Origin: Octopus vulgaris
Taxonomy: Eukaryota
DNA: 64,000 nucleotides
Direction: 5' to 3'
Assembly (NCBI GenBank): GCA_951406725.2
Contig: OX597830.1
Span: 72,416,001 to 72,480,000, forward strand
The translations under genes were made by a program, and so were the position numbers. Shown here piece by piece: positions 56,093-64,000 of this stretch (position 1 is its first letter; each line of letters starts with the position of its first letter). A model generated the notes under the pieces. That model had not been told where the DNA came from, made no database searches, and saw only the letters and a program-made list of their open reading frames with translations.

Positions 56093-57089
56093 CGGAGATG
56101 TACTTGCATAGCAAGTGACCTAATCAAGGTCAAACATATTTTAGTCAAACGTATGTACGTATATGTGCGTGTTCCTTTGTATAAGAGTGTTTGTACTTAG
56201 AGAATAAATACTGTGGTCGATCTGTTCAATTAAACTGCTAATTATTCTAAGCTCTCTAAAAAATTGGTACCTCCAAATAGCCGCAGGTCACTGATTCAGA
56301 CCTGTAAAAGAAATTAGAATAAATTATGAACTAAAAGTAAAATCATCAAAAAGGAGGAAATAACCACATAATTTTATTAAAATCATTTCACCATGAAACA
56401 GTTTGGATTGAATGAGATCGAATACAAGAAGCAGGAAGATTAGTAACTTCCGACATGTTTCTGTCTTATTGGAACTCTGCAACGAAATGTAAGTTTACCA
56501 TCAGGTCATAGAGAGATAAGAAAAATTTTAATATTGTGTTATGTCATTACACAGAGATTGACGTTGTCGATGATGTAAATGAGTGGAAAATTTACAAAGG
56601 CACCGGTTTCACTTTTGTCCTAACTTTTGACAACCACAAAACACGTGTGAGCGCTCGCGCGTACAGAAGCATGTAGGCGCGTACAGAATCACGCAGGCGC
56701 GCACACACACCTTCAAATGACGTGATTCTTCACGGTTTCCGTCTTCCAAGCTCATTCACGAGGATTTAGTAGGTCTGTGGCCATAGTAAAAGATACTTCT
56801 TCAAGGTGCCGCGCAGTGAAACCGAATCCGAAACCACGTGGTTGCGAGGCGAGCATATTAACCCAAAAAACATACCTGCACCGTCTGCATAGTAATGGTA
56901 AAGTAAAATCTAGCATATTTGAGGTAATTACCCTAGAAATACCAATTAATTGGATAGCAGTTGAAATTCGGATGGCAAAATTTAAGAAGAACGCCCTGCT
57001 TAAAACTACCACGTGGACTTCTATGTGCAATGCTTGATTTTATTCTGTTACAAGGATTTGAGCTAAGTGTCCGGTTTGGGAATAACCTG

Positions 57090-57335
57090 CTTTCTACCAA
57101 CCCTTCTCGGAGATACTGTAAATGGATATGTATGCAAACCAAAGCCAGCAGTCTCGGGGGAGCGGGCAAGTCGATTACACCGAGCACCGCACTCAAATGG
57201 TACATGTTTATCAATCCTGAAAGGATGAAAGCAATGTCAACCTGAGTAGAATTTGAGCTCAGAACATGAAGATGGTCGAAATGCCGTTGAGCATTTTAAC
57301 CCGGCGTGCTAACGATTCTGCCAGCAGCCCGCCTT
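57090..57335 (-). mobile_element. SINE family C (diverged); a family A fragment lies at ~56730-56870
   Basis: ctgaaaggatgaaagcaatgtcaacct...gaatttgagctcagaac...ccggcgtgctaacgattctgccagc. Confidence 0.75.
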
Positions 57336-57731
57336 TAGTAATAGATACTAATGAAATTTAAAAATTCAGCGTAGAAATTCTAATAAAATACAACTAATCA
57401 AGCATGAAACGAAACGCCGGGTGCTTCTGATATTTCTGAGAAAATGCATTACTGGGACAACAGGTGCGTGTAATTATATAAAGATATATGTGCGTATAGA
57501 TCTGTGTGTGTATCTATGTGAGTGCTTATGTTAGCATGTACTTCTAATGTAGTGTACGTCTCTTTGAGGCACGTTGATTTTTTCCCTCTCCAATTCATTT
57601 CCCAGCTCCTCTATTCTTTCTGTAGAACAGCGTATCCACGAAATGTAAAAGATTTTCCCTTTTACTTATCCCGAACTTAAACCAACTATACTCTACTTGA
57701 TATTTCCCCTTCATACACATATTGCACTATG

Positions 57732-57786
<55 letters not shown>

Positions 57787-57999
57787 ACGAAACTGCAGTA
57801 CAAGATGAGCTGAGTTTGTAAACGTTTTTGATTTTCATTTCATGAATTTATCCCCTTTTTGCGTATCTAGTACTTGCTTCTTCTTTTAGAGGCCTTTTAA
57901 TGTACTTATATATGAATAACATATAGTCTAATGACTAATTTGTCTTTTGTGCTAGATCACTGGTAATAATAATTTATTTTATTACCCTATTTACTATGT

Positions 58000-58086
<87 letters not shown>

Positions 58087-58536
58087 CATACATACACACA
58101 CACATACATACATAAATACATACACGAACACACTCACACACACACGTATATATATATGCTCGAGATACGAAGTAGAAAAGCACCCAACAACTTATGCAGG
58201 GTTGTATTTTCATGCTACTTGTCTTGTTTCCCATTTGTTTCTTTAGTTGTCCGCGAAAACATTTCGTATTCTATGTTTTCGTTTTTCGTATTTCATGCTT
58301 CGTATTTCATGTTTACGTTCTGTGGTGTCCTGTGCCCACATATGCATGTATACACAAATATATGTATGTACGTATATATGTGCATGTAAGCATATATATA
58401 TATCATTTATATTATTATATGATTGAACGCCACGCATCCATTTCCAAGTAAGTTTTATCTGTCTATTTACATATATATATTTACATGTATACATACATAC
58501 ATACATATATATACGTATGCATCTATGTATGTATAG

Positions 58537-58590
<54 letters not shown>

Positions 58591-58598
58591 TTAAGCTA

Positions 58599-58646
<48 letters not shown>

Positions 58647-58888
58647 TAGGATTTATTTGATTTCAGATCGAATGTTTGAAACTGAAACAATTAAAGGTTC
58701 GAAGACACATTAGGTATTCAAAAGTATAGAAGCCCTCTTTATTCGGCTCACACTTTTTTATTTACTGCCAAAATTTTGGTCACATCGAGTGCAGCCTGGT
58801 TACTGACACGGTTCCACGAACACAAATGCACACAACCACATCCACTCATTCACGCGCACAAATATTCACACACATATATACATGTATA

Positions 58889-58953
<65 letters not shown>

Positions 58954-59487
58954 GTGTGTGTGTGTATGTATATGTATTTATAGATAGATACATACATGCA
59001 TACACATGCACAGATATTTATATATATAAAGAACGAGAGAGGCAGAGAGAGAGAGAATGTAGGTGATAAAGGAGGTGTATGTGTTTATATATATACCTCT
59101 ATGAATATGTAAATCCTAAAACTATTCTTTTGCAAAACATTAAAAATTTCGTAGAATACTTTCAAATATCCGACACGAGCTCATATTTCGCACAAAAAAG
59201 ATAACAAAATAGCTAATTTTATAGTTTCTCTTTTTTTATAAGTACTTCATGTCTGGTACAAGAATCTAGCTAAGGTGTAAGTGAGAGATAAATTCATTCC
59301 GATCTTCGAAGATACAGGGAAGATATCATTGTACGACCAAGATATTATAAATCAAATTATACACTTGAAAAAATCAAAATGAATAACGAAGTTATTACCA
59401 AATGTGAAATATCACGTTTTCAAATGCAATATCTTGTAACGTAAAATAAGAAATTGTACCCGATATATGTATGTATACATACATACA

Positions 59488-59571
<84 letters not shown>

Positions 59572-59674
59572 GTATATATATATATGTATATATATATGTA
59601 TGTATTGTATATGCATATACATAATATATATATACATGCATGCATGTATTTATGCAAATATATATATGTATGAA

Positions 59675-59721
<47 letters not shown>

Positions 59722-59740
59722 GTATATATATATGTATATA

Positions 59741-59805
<65 letters not shown>

Positions 59806-61105
59806 GTGTGTGGGGGTGTGTATCAAATATTTTGGGGAGAATTATACCTTGCAAACAATTGTGTTTTATATATTTACATACATTCATGTGTATATATATA
59901 TATATATGTATATATATACATTATATATATATACATATATATAAATGCATATATATATATATATAATCACATATATGTATACATGCGTATATTTGTATAT
60001 ACATTTAGTATGTGTGTGTGTGTATTTAAGAATATGTACATTAATTTATACCATTATATTAGGGGAGAAATCATATTTATTACGTAACTCAAAACTACAT
60101 AAAATATCTAAGCTTATATATCATAGTGAAGTGTGATATTTATAACAGTAAGACGATATGGAATAAAATATTTAAACATGATCATTTAGATAAATAATCT
60201 CAAATGAAAAATTATATATTAATATATTATATTAATATAGAGAAAAACATATATACAAAGCCTGAAATTGATATTTCAATGTTTATACATATACGCTCAC
60301 ATATTTATCTATCTATATCTTAACATATACACAGAGAGGCATACATACATGTGTATATGAAAGTATATGGTTATAAAAGAACACTCTGTTTTTATTCTCC
60401 GCGCGTATAATTATTGTTTTATTTTAAATATTCTGAATTTAATTTAAGGAAACCGAGTGCTAGGTCTGATAGAATTCCGGTGTATTTGACATCATTTATT
60501 TCGCTACTATACTTCTACTTCCTGAGTTCGAACTTCAGCGGATATCACCATTGTTGAATATCCTTGTAGTTTCAACTGGTTAAAATATGTGTGTGTGTGT
60601 GTGTGTTGAACTTTAATCCCTACACAATCATCTCTCTCTCCATTTTTTTTTCCTTTGAATCATTTTTGTCGTAGAGCGTAAGCTCGAAACGTTGAAGACT
60701 TTTCCATTTTTCTCAAGCGTTAAACCAATACATCTGCTTGTTGTACCATCACCTGTCTTTGTCTTGTTTTCTATACATTTCATCTACCTGTGTGTATGAG
60801 TGTGTGTATGTGTGTGTATGTGTGTGCGTATTTGTGTGTGTACGTGTATGATTCTCCTTTGAATTTTATTTAAGTTATCCTTAAGAGGGCCGAAACTGCT
60901 CGCTAACAAAGTGACAAACATTTCTGAGTTTAGAGAGTTCCCGATGTTTGTAAATACGGCGTTGTGTTACATCTATTCACCTAAAGAATCTCAGATTGAA
61001 AATTACTGTACCACCAATAATTTGGATTTGAATTTTCAGCTTTTTGTGCATTAGACGCGCCCCGCTTGTGAGATGTGCATTTGCTGTCGGCAGTTTCAGC
61101 ACGAA

Positions 61106-61320
61106 AAGGCGGCGAGCTGGCAGAATCGTTAGCGCGCAGGGCGAAATGCGTAGCCGTATTTCGTCTGCCGCTATGTTCTGAGTTCAAATTCCGCCGAGGT
61201 CGACTTTACCTTTCATCCTTTCGGGGTCGATTAAATAAGTACCAGTTACGCACTGGGGTCGATATAATCGACTTAATCCGTTTGTCTGTCCTTGTTTGTC
61301 CTCTCTGTGTTTAGCCCCTA
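61106..61320 (+). mobile_element. SINE family C
   Basis: Near-identical to 11331-11545. Confidence 0.88.
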
Positions 61321-61499
61321 GTCATATCCAGGTTACCTTAAGCTGTCTGCCATACGGAGAAAGCATTAGCGTTATTATTTTCAATTTCAGCCTTCAAAAG
61401 ATTTGGCCTCACTATCTGTTTCAATTTTATCATTCCCCGTAACGAAGGTCGTCAGTTTTTATTGGTATTCCTTATCACTACAAAGTTGGCGTAGTTTTC

Positions 61500-62200
61500 G
61501 TTTGTAGGCTTATGTTTCATGCATTTATGTGTCATTGTGGAAGAGGATAGGAAGCAGGAGAGCAGAAGAGTTGGGGTGGATATCTTCCTAGAAAGTGGTC
61601 AAGAATTCTGTTATCTGTGTTGTTGTTGATGTTGTTGGTCTTGCTGTAGTTACACTTGCTGATAATGGTATATCAGCAGTAGTTATTGTTACCATTTCAG
61701 CTACTTTTGGTGTTACTGCCGTCAGATGCTTCTGTTGAGGGGACGGTAGTGGTGGCAGCACCGGGAGACCACATAAATCCTGTACATGTTGAGGGCAGAA
61801 AACTTTGAAGGGGCCGTCCCCATCACATAATTGGCATATAGGCATCTGCTCTTAACCGCATCTCATAGGTCCAAACTGTTGGCAGGTTGATTAGGTATGG
61901 GATCCTTTGCATTATCGCCTGTTTCATCTGCAGTAGCATTTCTACTGTGGTGCTTGATCAAATATCCCGCTCCGTTCACTTCATTGAGGAAAGGGTGTCA
62001 CTGCCTTCTAGAACGACACATTCCATCAACCACTAGACGTCAAAATATTCAGCTCTGTACCATTAATTTGATTGTCAGTTGATTGACTTAACCACTTGAA
62101 TATGTTCCTTAGTAGCTGGATATCTTTGATTGAGAGTAGAAGCAGTGGAGGTCATAATAACCTTGCGTGTAAAGAGATTCTTTGGGGTTTAAATAATTCA
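61500..62200 (-). pseudogene. Possible decayed LINE ORF1 (gag-like, CCHC knuckle remnant)
   Basis: VEMLLQMKQAIMQRIPYLINLP, then PICQLCDGDGPFKVFCP (CX2CX4[H>P]X4C spacing) and a Thr/Pro-rich tail. Confidence 0.4.
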
Positions 62201-63919
62201 CACCTGTCAAAATGGGTATTTCGTTCTTAAATGAACTCTCAACGAATTCAAATTCTTATATTTACATTCTTAATGTAAGACCTATTGCACAACGAAGGTA
62301 AAAACTATATGGCAAAGAAGGAAACAAGCAATAAGTGATGATCAAGAATAAGAAAGCGAGAATATGAAGGGCATAAATCTAATTTGCCTTATTTAGTCAT
62401 ATACACCGCATAACCACTGGATGTAGAAATGCAACCAAATGATTAGAGATGTGTACTATGTTCACACTGTGACTTTCCTTTAGTTAAAATCTTTTGTTTG
62501 ATTTTAAAATTACGTTAATGGCACTAAACCTGATTTTGTGCGTATCAGGTTTGTATGAAAATGTTAATAAGTTTAAGATAGGAAATCCGTAGTCTTTCTC
62601 AAACGATTCTTATGTTATTAGTTACATTTCAATATTTATTTTATTTTTGTCACACTGTATGTTAAGTTATTGTCTTTCTAATATGGTGGTTTTATTTGGC
62701 TCATATGAGAGGATTATACTGCAAGATATTTCGTAGTTTTACAATTTTGTATTTCTTTGCAAAAAATCTTGATACGAATGCAATATTGTAATAGTTGGGA
62801 AGAACTATATCTAATGAATTTAATAAACACATTCACCAGCTGCTTAAATATATTTCTCTACGTTTTCTGAGTATTTAGTTTGTTTACTTTTCCCCCAAAA
62901 TATTTCAAGGGGCAATCATTTTAAATGCTTAGCGTTTAAGTGATGTTTACAGTTGCTAAATGGCTATTGTAAGCATATTTATTTGTTTACTTGCGTTATA
63001 ACTTCAAAAGATGCAGAACTTTCCCCCAAATAACTTCAAAATTAGAAACGTTTTGTACCACACTATATGTGAAAGGATTGCAGAAAATTGGAGAGAATAA
63101 ACTGAAAAGAAACAAACATATGTACTCTATTAACATACAATACAGCTATGCACATTAGCTCGAAATAGAAATATATGACGTAAATTTTTTTTCAGACCTT
63201 CAAAAGACTAAACTTTACGGTAGATACAATAACGAGAGAAATATCAGAATCAGACAACAACTTCACATATAATATGAAGAACAAGTGCTGTGTAACTCCA
63301 GCTTAAAGGAAATCCACCAGCACAATAGTATAGAACTAAGGATAAAATGAATCCGAAAACGACAAAGGGCAACGAATACAAAGAGATGTATGTTCAAATG
63401 TCAACAGCAGTAAAGGGAAAGAAAATAAAGGAATAACTAAGTACTACAGTCACTCAATCACATGACATGCTCAGTACAGAGACGTAGAAAAAGTAAAATC
63501 AGTTAAAACAAAGAACATTTATAAACATAAAAATATTCAAAGTGTACATGATGGTATAATGAAAGAATATTTGTGTGAACATAAACGAACAAGGAAAAAA
63601 AGGAAAGATATATAAACAAATAACAACCGGTGAGTTTATTTTTCACAGGCTTTATAGGTTCTTCCAATATATAACAAAATTTTGTCTATTTTAACAACTT
63701 GGAACATTAGACTCAAAGTGATATTGTATTTTCTCTGAGAGGCTACTATTTCAAGACTTTTTTAACGTAATGCTGAACACCCGTGAAGACGCACAGACAT
63801 AACACACGTGTGTGAATGAGTGTGTGTGTATGTATGTATGTATGTATGTATGTATGTATGTATGTATGTATGTATGTATGTATGTATGTATGTATGCATT
63901 ATGTATATATGTATTTATG

Positions 63920-63951
<32 letters not shown>

Positions 63952-64000
63952 CATGTAAGTGTACATACACAATTATAATTATTGTAAAGTACTTACAAGA

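Overview
AT-rich, microsatellite-saturated eukaryotic DNA, most likely intronic or intergenic octopus (coleoid cephalopod) sequence, judged from tRNA-derived SINEs resembling the octopus OK/OR1/OR2 families. No intact host protein-coding gene is supported; nearly all listed ORFs are translations of simple repeats. Between the microsatellites lie three SINE families, decayed Tc1/mariner transposases and a mariner MITE, non-autonomous Helitrons, CR1-, RTE-, RLE (R4/Dong-like)- and Penelope-type retroelement fragments, and many (TA)n-flanked modules with type I hammerhead ribozyme (HHR) motifs. The strongest signal is at 45369-47750: near-identical 535-bp non-coding units, about 2.4 in tandem followed by about 2 inverted, each with a fully canonical HHR whose stem III is palindromic. 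This is a retrozyme- or Penelope-pLTR-like array predicted to release 535-nt, possibly circular, RNAs. Other notable items are HHR core variants (U3-A8, U4C, A6U), a recurring fold-back architecture, an RLE retrotransposon family whose three copies all abut (CATA)n, and a 3' tail shared by a SINE and a LINE. All family assignments come from manual reading, not database searches.
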